The notes: a model not told the origin generated them from the letters alone. A stretch of DNA of 64,000 bases from Nitriliruptorales bacterium (GCA_024644015.1 JAHELV010000003.1:44166-108165), one strand, 5' to 3'. Counted from the first letter of the stretch, positions 1 to 12,751 are shown. A program made the numbers and translations.

Positions 1-399
1 GAAGAACGCCCGCAGGATGTTGCCGGTGTTGATGACCAACGCGATGTTGAGGGCACCGGCGATCTCGGTCGCCTGGTCGACGAGACCGAGCCGCCCGATG
101 AACGCCCACAGCACGGCGTTGGCGAGCATCCCGATGATCAACATGCACGTGTAGAAGACCACGCTGATCTTGAGCACCGACCATGGGTCGACGTGGCGAA
201 CCATGATGTCCCGGCGAATCAGACGTCGGGTCGGCCTGACGTTGGCCGGTCGGGTGCTCACCTCGCGGGCTCGCGCCGCCACGGTCTGGGTGAACCGCTG
301 TCGACGTCCATCGCTGGTCTCCCGTGTCGCGACGCCCCCGCCGCTGGTGCCGCTCTTGGCCGTCGGCGTCGAGCGCTCCGATGGCAGCCAGTCTTCCAT
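1..399 (-). CDS. DUF3566-family membrane protein, partial (3' end beyond window edge); Rv0007-like gene downstream of gyrA
   Basis: Absent from the ORF track because it runs off the window. My own translation from ATG (revcomp of 397-399) gives MEDWLPSERSTPTAKSG...RRLIRRDIMVRHVDPWSVLKISVVFYTCMLIIGMLANAVLWAFIGRLG, with no stop down to position 1. GGAGGA lies 9 nt upstream. The VDPWSV motif plus TM helix, and the position after gyrA, are typical of this family. Confidence 0.7.
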   Translation of the reverse strand, partial: MEDWLPSERSTPTAKSGTSGGGVATRETSDGRRQRFTQTVAARAREVSTRPANVRPTRRLIRRDIMVRHVDPWSVLKISVVFYTCMLIIGMLANAVLWAFIGRLGLVDQATEIAGALNIALVINTGNILRAFF

Positions 400-401
400 G
401 G

Positions 402-2879
402 CTATTCGTCCTCCAACTCGTCGCCTTCGCGGACCGGTGCGATCGACACCACTGTTGCGCCTTCGGCCGGCGTCATCACCCGCACGCCCTGCGTCGCGCG
501 GCCGGTCGGCCGGATGTCCTTGACGTCCATCCGGATGATGGTACCGGTGTCGGTGATGATGAAGATCTCCTGTTCGTAGGCGGCGACCAGCGCACCGACG
601 AGCGCGCCGCGGGCATCGGTCAGCTTCGCTGTCCGCACCCCCTTGCCGCCACGCCGCTGGCTGGGATATCGCTCCAGCGGCGTGCGCTTACCGTAGCCTT
701 CCTCGGTCACAACCAACAGTTGGCCGTCCGCCACCGTCGTCGCCATCGACAGCACCGCGTCGGCATCAGCGAGCTGCATGCCGATGACGCCGGTCGTGTC
801 GCGGCCCATCGCGCGGGCGTCGGACTCGTGGAACCGGATCGCCATCCCCTTGCGGGACACCAGGAATATGTCGTCGTCGCCTGTGGTGACCGCGACGCCG
901 ATCAGACGATCGCCTGGGCGCAGATTGATCGCGATGAGCACCTGGCGGGGTGAGTCGTACTCGTTGAGCTCGGTCCGCTTGACCATGCCCTGCTCGGTCG
1001 CGAACGTGAGGTAATGCCCGCCGTTGCCCTCGAAGTCGCGGAGCGCCAGTACCGCGGCAATGCGTTCGTCTGGCTCCAGCGCCAGCCCCTCCACGCTGGT
1101 GACGTACACCCCGCGTGCGGTGCGGGACTTCTCCGGGATGCTCCACGCGCGCACGCGGTAGACACGCCCGGCGTTGGTGAAGAACAGCAACCAGTGGTGT
1201 GTCGTGGTCACGAACAGGTCGCGGACGATGTCGTCCGACTTCAGACCGGCGCCGGCAACACCCTTGCCGCCGCGCCGCTGCGTGCGGTACTCGCTCACCT
1301 TGGTCCGCTTGACGTAGCCCGCCCGTGACACGGTGACCACGACGTCCTCGACAGGGATCAGGTCGGCCATGTCGAGGTCGCCCTCGCCGGGCATGATGCG
1401 GGTCCGGCGTGCGTCGCCGAACCGGTCGCGGATCTCTGTCAGCTCCTCGACGATGATCCCACGCACGCGCTCGGGCCGGGCGAGGATGTCACGTAGGTCG
1501 GCGATCCGCTCCTGCAGCTCGGCGTACTCGTCGAGGATGCGCTGGCGCTCCAGCGCCGCAAGCCTCCGCAGCTGCATGTCGAGGATCGCCCGTGCCTGCA
1601 CCTCCGAGAGGTCGAAGCGCTCCTGCAGCTCGCCGAGTGCCGCGTCGGCGGACGCCGCACCGCGGATGAGACTGATGACCTCGTCGAGGTTGTCGAGCGC
1701 GACGATGAGGCCTTCGAGGACGTGCGCCCGCTCCTCCGCCTTGCGCAGCCGATACCGCGTCCGGCGGGTGACGATCGTGATCTGGTGGTCGATGTAGATG
1801 CGGATCGTGTCGAGCAACCCGAGCGTGCGCGGGACGCCGTCGACCAGCGCGAGGTTGATGACCCCGAAGGTCTCCTGCAGCTGGGTCATCTTGTACAGCT
1901 GGTTGAGCACGACCTGGGCGTTCGCGCCCCGCTGCAGCTCGATGACCAGACGGATGCCCTCGCGGTTCGACTCGTCGCGCACGTCGCGGATGCCGCTGAT
2001 CCGTCGCTCGTTGACGAGCTCGGCGACCTTCACCGCGACGTTTGCCTTATTGACCTGGTACGGCAGTTCGCTGACGACGATGCGCTCGCCGTTGCGGTCC
2101 TCTTCGATCTCGCTGACCGCACGCATGCGGATCGACCCGCGGCCGGTCTCGTAGGCGTCACGGATGCCCGCCGTGCCCATGACCAGGGCACCGGTCGGAA
2201 AATCCGGTCCGGGGCAGATGCGCTGCACGTCCTCGAGCGTCATGTCCGGATCGTCGATGCACGCGATCACCGCGTTGCTCATCTCGACCAGGTTGTGCGG
2301 CGGCACGTTCGTCGACATGCCGACCGCGATGCCCGAACTGCCGTTGACCAGCAGGTTCGGGAACCGGCTCGGCAGAACGACGGGCTCAGACTCCTCGCCG
2401 TCGTAGTTGTCCACGAAGTCGACGGTGTCCTCGTCGATGTCGCGCAACAGCTCCATCGCCAGCGGCGACAGTCGCGCCTCGGTGTAGCGCATCGCCGCCG
2501 CCGCATCACCGTCGATGGAACCGAAGTTGCCGTGGCCGTCGATCAGCGGGTAACGGATCGCCCAGGGCTGGGCCATGCGTACCAACGCGTCGTAGATCGC
2601 CGAGTCGCCGTGCGGGTGGTACTTCTTCATCACGTCGCCGACAGCGGCCGCGGCCTTGCGCTGCTTGGCGGTCGCGCGCATCCCGCCCTCGTACATCGAG
2701 AACAGGATCCTGCGGTGCACCGGCTTCAAGCCGTCCTGTGCGCTCGGCAGCGCGCGGCCGACGATGACCGACATCGCGTAGTCGAGGTACGAGCGCTGCA
2801 GCTCGTCCTCGAGTTCGATCGGCTCGAACTGCTCGCCGGGATCCTGCGCGCCTGGTTCTGACAAGACTTCTTCACTCAT
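402..2879 (-). CDS. gyrA: DNA gyrase subunit A
   Basis: 825-aa ORF. N-terminus [30 protein letters not shown], active-site region [11 protein letters not shown], and C-terminal repeated beta-pinwheel-like segments. Lies immediately downstream of gyrB. Confidence 0.98.
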   Translation of the reverse strand: MSEEVLSEPGAQDPGEQFEPIELEDELQRSYLDYAMSVIVGRALPSAQDGLKPVHRRILFSMYEGGMRATAKQRKAAAAVGDVMKKYHPHGDSAIYDALVRMAQPWAIRYPLIDGHGNFGSIDGDAAAAMRYTEARLSPLAMELLRDIDEDTVDFVDNYDGEESEPVVLPSRFPNLLVNGSSGIAVGMSTNVPPHNLVEMSNAVIACIDDPDMTLEDVQRICPGPDFPTGALVMGTAGIRDAYETGRGSIRMRAVSEIEEDRNGERIVVSELPYQVNKANVAVKVAELVNERRISGIRDVRDESNREGIRLVIELQRGANAQVVLNQLYKMTQLQETFGVINLALVDGVPRTLGLLDTIRIYIDHQITIVTRRTRYRLRKAEERAHVLEGLIVALDNLDEVISLIRGAASADAALGELQERFDLSEVQARAILDMQLRRLAALERQRILDEYAELQERIADLRDILARPERVRGIIVEELTEIRDRFGDARRTRIMPGEGDLDMADLIPVEDVVVTVSRAGYVKRTKVSEYRTQRRGGKGVAGAGLKSDDIVRDLFVTTTHHWLLFFTNAGRVYRVRAWSIPEKSRTARGVYVTSVEGLALEPDERIAAVLALRDFEGNGGHYLTFATEQGMVKRTELNEYDSPRQVLIAINLRPGDRLIGVAVTTGDDDIFLVSRKGMAIRFHESDARAMGRDTTGVIGMQLADADAVLSMATTVADGQLLVVTEEGYGKRTPLERYPSQRRGGKGVRTAKLTDARGALVGALVAAYEQEIFIITDTGTIIRMDVKDIRPTGRATQGVRVMTPAEGATVVSIAPVREGDELEDE

Positions 2880-2905
2880 GTGGTGTGACCTACCGCCGGG
2901 GGGAG

Positions 2906-5017
<2,112 letters not shown>

Positions 5018-5087
5018 CTAGGCGCGCACGACACGTCATGTGCGATGTGCGCGGCGCTCCGGAGTCGAGGCCGTCTGTGTACCGTTG

Positions 5088-5096
5088 ATTATACCA
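5088..5096 (-). promoter_or_regulatory. Candidate extended -10 promoter element (TGGTATAAT) upstream of gyrB
   Basis: The reverse complement of 5088-5096 reads TGGTATAAT, a perfect TATAAT with a TGn extension. It sits in the 180-bp spacer upstream of gyrB and is a rare AT-rich hexamer in this GC-rich DNA. No -35 was identified. Confidence 0.35.
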
Positions 5097-5143
5097 CAGG
5101 CACAACGATGGCCTGTGCTAGGCCTTCCGCGCATTTCCGCTGG

Positions 5144-5515
5144 TCAGCGACTTCTTTGACGGCGGACCGACACTGTGATGGTGCGCACCGTGCCCGCACC
5201 GAGCCGTTCGTTGACACGCCGGGTGATCACGCTACCAAGCTGGCGGACCTCCGCCGCCCACAGTGGTGTGCTGGCCGCCAGCACGAGCACGCCCCCCTGT
5301 AACCGCAGCGGTGCCGTGTGCCCAGCCAACTGTGGTCCGACCACCGCCTCCCAGTCGCTGTACAGGTCACCCGCCACCAGGTGCGACTGCCACCCTTTTC
5401 GTGCGGCCAGCGCACGCAGTGCGCCACCGACCGGTTTCATCGCGCCTTCGGGTGCAGCCCGCTCTCCGGACTCGCCCAACGGGTCATACCAGCGACGGCG
5501 CGGCGGCTCAGGCAC
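5144..5515 (-). CDS. DUF721 (RecF-associated, zinc-ribbon-less) protein
   Basis: The C-terminal part of the 212-aa ORF reads ...LRALAARKGWQSHLVAGDLYSDWEAVVGPQLAGHTAPLRLQGGVLVLAASTPLWAAEVRQLGSVITRRVNERLG, a typical DUF721 pattern. The probable start GTG at 5515 overlaps the recF stop (5508-5510); an ATG at 5440 is the alternative. The rest of the track ORF is an artefactual extension. Confidence 0.72.
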   Translation of the reverse strand: MPEPPRRRWYDPLGESGERAAPEGAMKPVGGALRALAARKGWQSHLVAGDLYSDWEAVVGPQLAGHTAPLRLQGGVLVLAASTPLWAAEVRQLGSVITRRVNERLGAGTVRTITVSVRRQRSR

Positions 5516-6665
5516 TGGTGTTCTCCGGTGGTGGGATGATCGTCCTGTCGCGCACGATGTAACGCGGACCCGCGAGCGGCACGTCGTCCGCCACGGCTGC
5601 GGTGACGAGGACCTGGCTGAACCGGCTGCAGTGGGACGCCAGTCGGCGCCGACGCTCTTCGTCCAACTCGGCGAACACGTCGTCGAGCAACACGACCGGC
5701 TCGTCACCGACCTCGAACAGCACCTCGCGGCTGGCGAGCCGCAGTGCCAGGACCAGCGACCAGGTCTCACCGTGGCTGGCATACCCCTTCGCCGGCAGAC
5801 CTGACAGCGACAGCGCGAGGTCGTCGCGGTGGGGGCCGGCCAACGTCACGCCACGCTCGAGCTCGGTGGCGAGACGGTCGGCGAGACCCGCGCGCAGCTC
5901 TGCGCCGAGCAGTGCCGGATCGGGGACGCCGTGGCGTGAATCCCCCACCACGCACCGTCCCGTCGACAGCTGGTAGGCCAACTGCACCGCGCCATCCGCC
6001 ACCGCGTCACCGGCCACCAGGTCGGCGTACGCGCGCGCGGTCGGTCCTGCCAGCGCATGGACCCCAGCAATACGGGCAGCCAGGACGGCACTACCTGCTG
6101 CGACAAGCGCGTCGGTCCACGTATCGAGGGTCGTCGATGGGGGCACACGCCGGCCGCGCGCGGCCCGCAACAGCGCGTTGCGCTGACGTAGCACCCGGTC
6201 ATACTCCTGACGCGCCGCATGGTAGGCCGGCCTGCGCTGGGTCAGCAGCTCGTCAAGGAACCGGCGGCGGTCCGCCGGCTCCCCGCGAACCAGCTCGACG
6301 TCCTCCGGGGCGAACATCACCGCCCTGATCAGGCCGATGGCGTCGCGGGCACGCTGCTGCGGCTGCCCGCCGACACGCGCCCGCGAGCGTCCGCCCGGGC
6401 GCAGCTCATACTCGATCAGCACGTCGCGTCCCGCGTCGCTGCGTGCACGGGCGCGCACGATCGCCGCGTCCGCGCCGGAGCGCACCAACGGCGCGTCACT
6501 GCTCGTGCGATGACTCGACCCTGCCGCCAGGTAGTAGACGGCCTCGAGCACGTTGGTCTTGCCCTGGGCGTTGCGGCCGACCAGCACGTTCGAGCCGCGC
6601 CCGAAGGTCACCGCGACCGTCGGGTAGGCGCGGAAGTCGATCAGCTCGAGATGCTCGAGCAGCAC
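5508..6665 (-). CDS. recF: DNA replication/repair protein RecF
   Basis: N-terminus MLLEHLELIDFRAYPTVAVTFGRGSNVLVGRNAQGKTNVLEA (Walker A), and the C-terminal Walker B-like LLDDVFAELDEERR. Position between dnaN and gyrB is conserved. Confidence 0.95.
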   Translation of the reverse strand: MLLEHLELIDFRAYPTVAVTFGRGSNVLVGRNAQGKTNVLEAVYYLAAGSSHRTSSDAPLVRSGADAAIVRARARSDAGRDVLIEYELRPGGRSRARVGGQPQQRARDAIGLIRAVMFAPEDVELVRGEPADRRRFLDELLTQRRPAYHAARQEYDRVLRQRNALLRAARGRRVPPSTTLDTWTDALVAAGSAVLAARIAGVHALAGPTARAYADLVAGDAVADGAVQLAYQLSTGRCVVGDSRHGVPDPALLGAELRAGLADRLATELERGVTLAGPHRDDLALSLSGLPAKGYASHGETWSLVLALRLASREVLFEVGDEPVVLLDDVFAELDEERRRRLASHCSRFSQVLVTAAVADDVPLAGPRYIVRDRTIIPPPENTSA

Positions 6666-6671
6666 CAGCTG

Positions 6672-7793
6672 TCACAGCCGCACAGGCATCAGCAGATACA
6701 GGAAGTCGACGTCGGACTCGTCGCTCTCCGCCTCGTCGACCGGCCTGATGACCGCCGGTTTGAGCTCGTCGCGGAACTCCATCGCGACCTGCTGGGTGCC
6801 GGCCGCGTCGAGACCGTCGGTCAGATAGCGCGGGTTGAACGCGATCTGCAGATCGTCGCCCTCGAGCACTCCCGGAAGCGATTCCTCGGCCTCGCCGATC
6901 TCACCGCTGCCCGCGGTGACCCGCACGGTGTCGGCTGTCAGATGCAGCGTGACGGGTGTCGCGGTGGTGTTCGCGTCCCCGACCACCGATACCCTGCGCA
7001 CGACCTCGATCAGGTCGGACCGGTCGACCTCGAGCCGCCGTTCGTACCCCGCCGGGATGAGCTGCCGGAACGGCGGAAACGATCCCTCGATGAGTCGGGT
7101 GACCAGCTGCCGGTCGCCGAAATCGAACGCGACCTGGCTCTCCTCGAACGTGATCCGGACCTCCGAGCCGAGTTGCTCGGCAGACCGCCGTGCCTCGTCG
7201 AGCGCTCGCCGAGGCAGCAGCACCGTGCCATCGACATCCTGCTTCCAACCGAGTGTCAACACCGCGAGCCGGTACGAATCGGTTGCTGCGAGCACCAGGT
7301 TGTCGGCGGCCGCCTCGACGTACACACCGGTCAGCACCGGGCGGGCGTCGTCGGTGCTGGCCGCGCGCGCGACCTGCGCCACCCGGCCCGCGAACTCGTC
7401 GGCCTTCATGACCGCCGGCGTGCTCTCGCCGCTCGCGGTCGCCAGCGACGGGAAGTCCTCGAGCGGCATGAGCCGCAGGTCGAACCACGCGTTGCCGCAC
7501 TCCAGATGCAGCCGGTCGTTGTCGGCGTCGGCGCTGACGGCGGCGTTCGGCAGGCTGCGGACGACGTCGCCGAGGAGCCGCCCGGGAACCAGCGCCGTCC
7601 CTTCCCTCACGGCCTGCACCGGAATGGACAACGTGCTCGAGATCTCGAGATCGGTCGAGCCGAGGAGCAGCCGGTCACCGGCGACCTCCATGCGAACGCC
7701 CGACAACGCCGGCAGGGTCGCGCGGGCGCCGACGGTTCGCAACGCCCAGGTCGCGGCCTCGGCGAACTCGGTGCGCTCAGCCCGGAACTTCAT
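6672..7793 (-). CDS. dnaN: DNA polymerase III beta sliding clamp
   Basis: 373-aa ORF beginning MKFRAERTEFAEAATWALRTV, with a three-domain clamp length and the C-terminal end YLLMPVRL. Lies directly downstream of dnaA/oriC. Confidence 0.95.
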   Translation of the reverse strand: MKFRAERTEFAEAATWALRTVGARATLPALSGVRMEVAGDRLLLGSTDLEISSTLSIPVQAVREGTALVPGRLLGDVVRSLPNAAVSADADNDRLHLECGNAWFDLRLMPLEDFPSLATASGESTPAVMKADEFAGRVAQVARAASTDDARPVLTGVYVEAAADNLVLAATDSYRLAVLTLGWKQDVDGTVLLPRRALDEARRSAEQLGSEVRITFEESQVAFDFGDRQLVTRLIEGSFPPFRQLIPAGYERRLEVDRSDLIEVVRRVSVVGDANTTATPVTLHLTADTVRVTAGSGEIGEAEESLPGVLEGDDLQIAFNPRYLTDGLDAAGTQQVAMEFRDELKPAVIRPVDEAESDESDVDFLYLLMPVRL

Positions 7794-8144
7794 GACTTCC
7801 TCCGAAGGGGGTGGGTCGGGTAGCTACTTACCCGGCGGAGCCGGTCCGCGGAGTTGTACACATCGTGCCTGCTGCCCGACTGAAGAACGTGTTGGATATT
7901 CAAATCTGTCGTCGTCGTAGGGAAACCGCTGTTCTGTGGATATCCCCTGATCGCGCCAGCTCACCCCGGGTATTGCGGGTGTGCACGACGGGTGTACGGC
8001 GTGTTGATGACGCGTGGACAACATGGCGCTTGTCCCCATGACAGCGATGTGGTTCATTCCGACGGTGGACAACCCCCAGTTTTCCACATGCTGTCCCGCG
8101 CGTGGTGCACAGGCGGTCCACAGGTCTCGCATGACTGGTCCCGC
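7794..8144. other. Candidate oriC (dnaA-dnaN intergenic DnaA-box cluster with AT-rich patch)
   Basis: Six 9-mers match TTGTCCACA with one mismatch or fewer on either strand: 7854-7862 TTGTACACA, 7935-7943 (rc ATATCCACA), 8013-8021 (rc TTGTCCACG), 8030-8038 TTGTCCCCA, 8064-8072 (rc TTGTCCACC), 8080-8088 TTTTCCACA. The most AT-rich stretch, GGATATTCAAATCT at 7894-7907, is a possible unwinding element. Confidence 0.8.
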
Positions 8145-9530
8145 CTAGGCGTTCGCGGCGTTCTTGATGCGGGTCGTCAGTTCCTGAACCTGATCGAAGA
8201 TGGCATGGCGCTCCTGCATCAGGCCGCCGATCTTGTTGGTCGCGTGGATGACCGTCGTGTGGTCGCGTCCGCCGAACGCCTGACCGATCTTGGGCAGCGA
8301 GAGGTCAGTCAGCTCGCGCGTGAGGTACATCGCGATCTGCCGCGCGTTGACGAGCTGCCTGGTCCGACTCGTTGAGCACAGGTCGTCAAGGGTGAGGCTG
8401 AAGTAGTCGGCGGTCTCGGTCATGATGAGGCCGACCGTGATGTCGACCGCTGACGGTTCGGGCAGCAGATCCTTGAGCACCATCTGCGCCAGCTCGAGGG
8501 TGATCTCGGTCCGCTGGAGGCTGGCGAACGCGGCGACACGGATGAGCGCGCCCTCGAGTTCGCGGATGTTCGACGCGATGCGGCTGGCGATCAGCTCGAG
8601 CACGTCATCGGGGATCGGAAGCTGGTCCTGCTGCGACTTCTTGCGCAGGATCGCCAGCCGGGTCTCGAGATCCGGCGGCTGGATGTCAGTGATCAGGCCC
8701 CAGCTGAACCGTGTCCGCAGCCGTTCCTCGAGCTGGCCGATCTCCTTCGGCGGGCGATCCGACGAGATGACGATCTGCTTCTGTGCGTTGTGCAGCGCGT
8801 TGAAGGTGTGGAAGAACTCCTCCTGCGTCTGCTCCTTGTTCTCGAGGAACTGGATGTCGTCGATCATGAGCACGTCGACATCCCGGTAGCGCCGCTGGAA
8901 TCCGACCCGCCGACCGTTCTGGATGGCGTCGATGAACTCGTTGGTGAACTGCTCACTCGTCGCGTAGTGCACCCGCAGGTCGCTGAACAGCGAGGTGGTG
9001 TAGTGACCGACCGCCTGCAGCAGGTGCGTCTTGCCGAGCCCCGCGCCGCCGTAGATGAACAGAGGGTTGTACGCCTGGGCCGGCGCCTCCGCCACCGCAA
9101 AGGCGGCCGCATGGGCGAAGCGGTTGCTCGCGCCGATCACGAACCGGTCGAACGTGTACTTCTCGTTCAACCTGCCACCGACCGCGGCGGTGATCGTCGG
9201 CGCGGCCTCGGGCACGTAGGGGGTGGCCGTCACCGCCGCCGGTGACGGCTCGGGCGACTGGTCGTCGGCGCGAACGATCACCAGCACGTTCACCGCGCGC
9301 CCGGCGGCCGCTGTCAGAGCTGCCCGCAGCGCGTCGCCGTAGCGGGCATCGAGTTGCTCACGGGCGAAGCGGTGCGGAGCAGCGAGCACCACGGTGTCGT
9401 TCTCGATGCCGATCGGCTGCGTGTCGTCGAGCCAGACATGGATCGCCGCAGCGGTCAGGTCCTCCCGCAGGATCTTGAGGCTTGCCTGCCACATCTGATT
9501 CAGATCGCCCACAACAGTGTCCACAGGCAC
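8145..9530 (-). CDS. dnaA: Chromosomal replication initiator DnaA
   Basis: 461 aa. AAA+ Walker [12 protein letters not shown], Walker [10 protein letters not shown], and the C-terminal DNA-binding domain with [11 protein letters not shown]. Confidence 0.97.
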   Translation of the reverse strand: MPVDTVVGDLNQMWQASLKILREDLTAAAIHVWLDDTQPIGIENDTVVLAAPHRFAREQLDARYGDALRAALTAAAGRAVNVLVIVRADDQSPEPSPAAVTATPYVPEAAPTITAAVGGRLNEKYTFDRFVIGASNRFAHAAAFAVAEAPAQAYNPLFIYGGAGLGKTHLLQAVGHYTTSLFSDLRVHYATSEQFTNEFIDAIQNGRRVGFQRRYRDVDVLMIDDIQFLENKEQTQEEFFHTFNALHNAQKQIVISSDRPPKEIGQLEERLRTRFSWGLITDIQPPDLETRLAILRKKSQQDQLPIPDDVLELIASRIASNIRELEGALIRVAAFASLQRTEITLELAQMVLKDLLPEPSAVDITVGLIMTETADYFSLTLDDLCSTSRTRQLVNARQIAMYLTRELTDLSLPKIGQAFGGRDHTTVIHATNKIGGLMQERHAIFDQVQELTTRIKNAANA

Positions 9531-9615
9531 GATCCTCCCTGGTTATCTATGGCGATCTTGCGATCGCTATGGACAACCGGGCGGTTGTCCACATACATAT
9601 CCACAGCTGTGGACT
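9517..9615. promoter_or_regulatory. Second DnaA-box cluster at the dnaA 5' end and promoter region
   Basis: Boxes: 9585-9593 TTGTCCACA (perfect), 9597-9605 ATATCCACA, 9568-9576 (rc TTGTCCATA), 9517-9525 GTGTCCACA (inside dnaA codons 2-4), 9608-9615 (rc AGTCCACA). Confidence 0.6.
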
Positions 9616-10140
9616 CGTGCCACGAGCGATGGCCTCCACCGGCGCGCAGGACGCGTGATCTGGTCGTCGCCACACAGTTGCGCTAGGGAAGCGGTGCCGT
9701 TGGGTCGACCCGCCAGACAGTGACCCCGCCCATCCCGCGGCGAAGCCTTCTGAGCTCACTCGGTGACGATCGTGATCCAGGTCTGGCAGGCGACCGAACG
9801 CGGGGCAGGAGTATAGGTTCGTGTCGCGGTGAGCCGCAACAGCTTTCTTGGGGTGGTCGACATGCCCGACCGCTCACCCCACGCCGCGCGCGATCCGTGG
9901 TTGCGGGGGGTTCTTGCCGTTCTAGACTCGTAGTCACGCAATCGACATGGTCGTCGTTGCAACGGCTCCGTTGTCCTGCAGCGACCGGCGGAACCTCCAG
10001 TTGCCAGTGCACCGCGGCCGGCTCCGCTACGGGCGCGTACTTCGGACCCCGGTCCCGCTCGCCCACCAGAACACTCGGCCGCTGCGGCAGCACATCCTGG
10101 CCAGTTGACCGTTCGCTCCGGCGAGCACTCGAGGACGAGC

Positions 10141-10275
10141 ATGAAGCGCACGTATCAGCCGAACACCCGCCGCCGCAAGCGCAAGCACGGATTCCGGTCA
10201 CGAATGCGCACCCGCGGGGGCCGGGCCATCATCCGTCGGCGCCGTGCGAAGGGGCGCAAGACACTGACCGCATAG
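10141..10275 (+). CDS. rpmH: 50S ribosomal protein L34
   Basis: Too short for the ORF track. My own translation is [44 protein letters not shown] followed by a stop, a canonical L34 sequence, directly upstream of rnpA. Confidence 0.95.
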   Translation: MKRTYQPNTRRRKRKHGFRSRMRTRGGRAIIRRRRAKGRKTLTA

Positions 10276-10284
10276 GGAAGTCCA

Positions 10285-10614
10285 GTGGCAGCCTTGTCGT
10301 CCCGGCAGGTCCGTGCAGTGCGATCGGCTCGGATCCGTTCGGCATCCCCGACGATGGTCGTGCACGCGCTGGCTCGCGATGACGGCGCCGGGACGACGCA
10401 GGTCGCGGTGGTGGCGAGCCGTGCCATCGGCGGCGCGGTGGTGCGCAACCGGGCCAAGCGTCGCCTGCGCGCGGCGGCCCGGCAGGCTCGGCTTCCGCAT
10501 GCCGTCGATCTGGTCATCGATGCGCGACCGGCGGTCGTGAGCGCTCCGTTCACCGCGTTGCATCGGGATCTCGAGCGGCTGAGCCGGCGGGCGGCGGAAC
10601 GGGCGGCGCGATGA
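10285..10614 (+). CDS. rnpA: Ribonuclease P protein component
   Basis: 109 aa, GTG start preceded by AGGGAAG. Basic protein with the [21 protein letters not shown] motif, positioned between rpmH and yidD. Confidence 0.85.
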   Translation: MAALSSRQVRAVRSARIRSASPTMVVHALARDDGAGTTQVAVVASRAIGGAVVRNRAKRRLRAAARQARLPHAVDLVIDARPAVVSAPFTALHRDLERLSRRAAERAAR

Positions 10615-10925
10615 CGGCTGACCACGAGAGCCCGACCGCGTCGGCACGTTGGAGCCCGCTGGCGAACCTGCTGGTGCTGCTCATGCGCGCGTGGCAGTTG
10701 GTGCCGCGCGTCGATCGGCAACGCTGCCGGTTCTATCCCAGCTGCTCGGCCTACGGGATCACGGCGGTGCAACGGTTCGGCGCGCTGCGCGGCGGTTGGC
10801 TCGCGCTGCGCAGGCTCGGACGATGCCACCCGTGGAACCCTGGCGGCATTGATCACGTGCCGTCTCGAGTCGGGCACACTCCTCGGCGCGGTGGCGCGAC
10901 GGCCACCACCAGCGAAGGTCTGTAG
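10611..10925 (+). CDS. yidD: Membrane protein insertion efficiency factor YidD
   Basis: [46 protein letters not shown] is the YidD signature. ATGA overlap with the rnpA stop. Carries a C-terminal extension. Confidence 0.85.
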   Translation: MTADHESPTASARWSPLANLLVLLMRAWQLVPRVDRQRCRFYPSCSAYGITAVQRFGALRGGWLALRRLGRCHPWNPGGIDHVPSRVGHTPRRGGATATTSEGL

Positions 10926-11885
10926 ATGAGCATTTGGAACGGCCTGCTCCAGGGCCTCGGCGAGATCCTGCGGTTCTTCCACGACGTGACGGTCGGCTTG
11001 TTCGGCGACTACTCGTGGGCGGTGGCCATCGTGCTGCTGACCGTTGCTGTCCGGCTCGCGATGCTGCCGCTCGCCGTCAAGCAGTTCCGGTCGATGCAGG
11101 CGATGCAGAAGATCCGTCCGGAGATGAAGAAGATCCAGCAGAAGTACAAGACCGACCGCGGCATGATGCGGACCGATCCCGACAAGTACAAGGAGCGGCG
11201 CCAGAAGCAGCAGGAGGAGCTGATGGCGCTGTACAAGGTCCACGACGTGAATCCCGCGTCGAGCTGCCTGCCGCTGGTCGCGCAGATGCCGATCTTCGTC
11301 GCGCTGTTCAGCCTGCTCCGCAGCCCTGACGTCATTCCGGAGCTGGTGAGGGCCCCGTTCCCCATCAACGCCACGCTCCAGCAGGCTGCGAGCGAGGCCG
11401 GCATCGTCGCTCTCACGATGCTTCTGCTGATGGGCGTGACCACCTTCATCCAGCAGAAGCAGATGATGGGTCGGCAGGTCGCGATGGCCGACGATCAGCA
11501 GCTGCAGCAGCAGAAGCTGATGCTGTACATCATGCCGGTGTTCCTGGTGTTCCTGGGCTTCAATCTGCCCGTCGGCGTCCTGCTGTACTGGGTGACGACG
11601 AATGTGTGGCAGATGTCGCAGCAGTGGTTCATGCTGCGGGAGGTCGGCAGCGCTCCAACCAACGGTGGGCAGTCGAAGGGTTCATCACGATCGCCGGACT
11701 CGGGTGGCCCGTCGGCCCGCAGACAGCGCCCCGACCAGTCTCCCGGTCGCAAGCCGGACGGCGGCCGCAAACGTCGGGGCAAAGGCGGTTCTGACACCAA
11801 CGGCACCACCGGCAACGGGCATCGACCAGGTGGACCAGGTCGAATCAGTAAGAAACGCGACGAGACGAGGGACAAGCGGCGATGA
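10926..11885 (+). CDS. yidC: YidC/Oxa1-family membrane protein insertase
   Basis: 319 aa, starting immediately after the yidD stop. TM-rich core (LPLAVKQFRSMQAMQKIRPEMKKIQQKY..., PVGVLLYWVTTNVWQMSQQ) followed by a long basic Gly/Arg/Lys tail. Confidence 0.9.
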   Translation: MSIWNGLLQGLGEILRFFHDVTVGLFGDYSWAVAIVLLTVAVRLAMLPLAVKQFRSMQAMQKIRPEMKKIQQKYKTDRGMMRTDPDKYKERRQKQQEELMALYKVHDVNPASSCLPLVAQMPIFVALFSLLRSPDVIPELVRAPFPINATLQQAASEAGIVALTMLLLMGVTTFIQQKQMMGRQVAMADDQQLQQQKLMLYIMPVFLVFLGFNLPVGVLLYWVTTNVWQMSQQWFMLREVGSAPTNGGQSKGSSRSPDSGGPSARRQRPDQSPGRKPDGGRKRRGKGGSDTNGTTGNGHRPGGPGRISKKRDETRDKRR

Positions 11886-12688
11886 CGCGAAAGGTCGAGA
11901 AGCGCGCTTCTACAGTCGAGGACGCAACGGCCGCGGCGCTGAGGGAACTCGGTGTCGGGCCGGATGAGGCCACCGTCGAGGTCCTCAGCGAGGGCCGACG
12001 CGGCCTGTTCGGCGGCAGGAGTCGCGCACACGTCCGAGTGACCGTTCGTGAGGACCGCAGCAACGGAGAAGCGCCAGTGACGGAGACTGTTGTCCAGGAG
12101 GCCGAGCAGTCGGCGAATGACGCCGCTGTCGGCACGGGGCAGGAACCTGCGCCCCACGAGCTCGAAGAATCGACAGCGGCAGGAGATGGGAGCGAGGGTT
12201 CGGAGGGCGCGACACCCGACCGATTGGTTGAGTTGAACGAGGAGGCTGACCTGGCCGCCGACTTCCTCGAGGGCATGCTCGACATCCTCGAGTTGCCCGG
12301 TGACATCGAGATCGAGGTCGACGAGAACCAGGCGTTCGTCAATGTCGTCGAGGTCGGCAGCGGGTTGTTGATCGGCCGTCGCGGCGCGACGCTCGAGGCG
12401 CTGCAGGAGCTTGTCCGGGCCGCGACGCAACGCCAGATCGAGCGTCGGTCACACGTCCGCATCGACATCGAGGGCTATCGACAGCGGCAGCTGGAGAAGA
12501 TGCGGGACCGTTGCCGAGACGGGATCGCCCAGGTGCGTGAGACGGGTGAACCGTTCCGCCTCGAACCGATGGACGCCTACGAGCGCAAGGTGATGCACGA
12601 CCTCGTCGGGCGGACGGGCGGCGTGACCTCGGCGAGCGAGGGTGTGGAGCCGCGACGGCGCGTCGTCGTGTACGTGTCGGACGAATGA
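11882..12688 (+). CDS. jag: Jag/KhpB-like RNA-binding protein (Jag_N, KH, R3H domains)
   Basis: ATGA overlap with yidC. N-terminus ASTVEDATAAALRELGVGPDEATVEVLSEGRRGLFG (Jag_N), and the C-terminal R3H region LEPMDAYERKVMHDLVGRTGGVTSASEGVEPRRRVVVY. Confidence 0.85.
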   Translation: MTRKVEKRASTVEDATAAALRELGVGPDEATVEVLSEGRRGLFGGRSRAHVRVTVREDRSNGEAPVTETVVQEAEQSANDAAVGTGQEPAPHELEESTAAGDGSEGSEGATPDRLVELNEEADLAADFLEGMLDILELPGDIEIEVDENQAFVNVVEVGSGLLIGRRGATLEALQELVRAATQRQIERRSHVRIDIEGYRQRQLEKMRDRCRDGIAQVRETGEPFRLEPMDAYERKVMHDLVGRTGGVTSASEGVEPRRRVVVYVSDE

Positions 12689-12697
12689 TGCCGGCGT

Positions 12698-12713
12698 AGT
12701 TTCACGTGAAACA
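12698..12713. other. parS centromere-like site 1
   Basis: aGTTTCACGTGAAACa matches the consensus tGTTTCACGTGAAACa at 15 of 16 positions, with a perfect 14-bp palindrome core. Lies in the jag-rsmG spacer. Confidence 0.85.
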
Positions 12714-12751
12714 TTCGCTGAAAGGACGGTCGGTCCTGAGCGGTCCGCTCC

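Noticed and set aside
6219-7823. 534-aa plus-strand ORF across recF/dnaN
   Set aside because: It is antisense to two unmistakable genes, has Arg/Asp/Gly/His-rich low-complexity translation, and carries no recognisable domain.
9683-10382. ORFs of 131-220 aa in the rpmH-dnaA spacer
   Set aside because: They overlap each other and rpmH/rnpA in other frames and are Arg/Pro/Gly-rich with no motifs. In Actinomycetota this spacer is normally non-coding and here it carries DnaA boxes.
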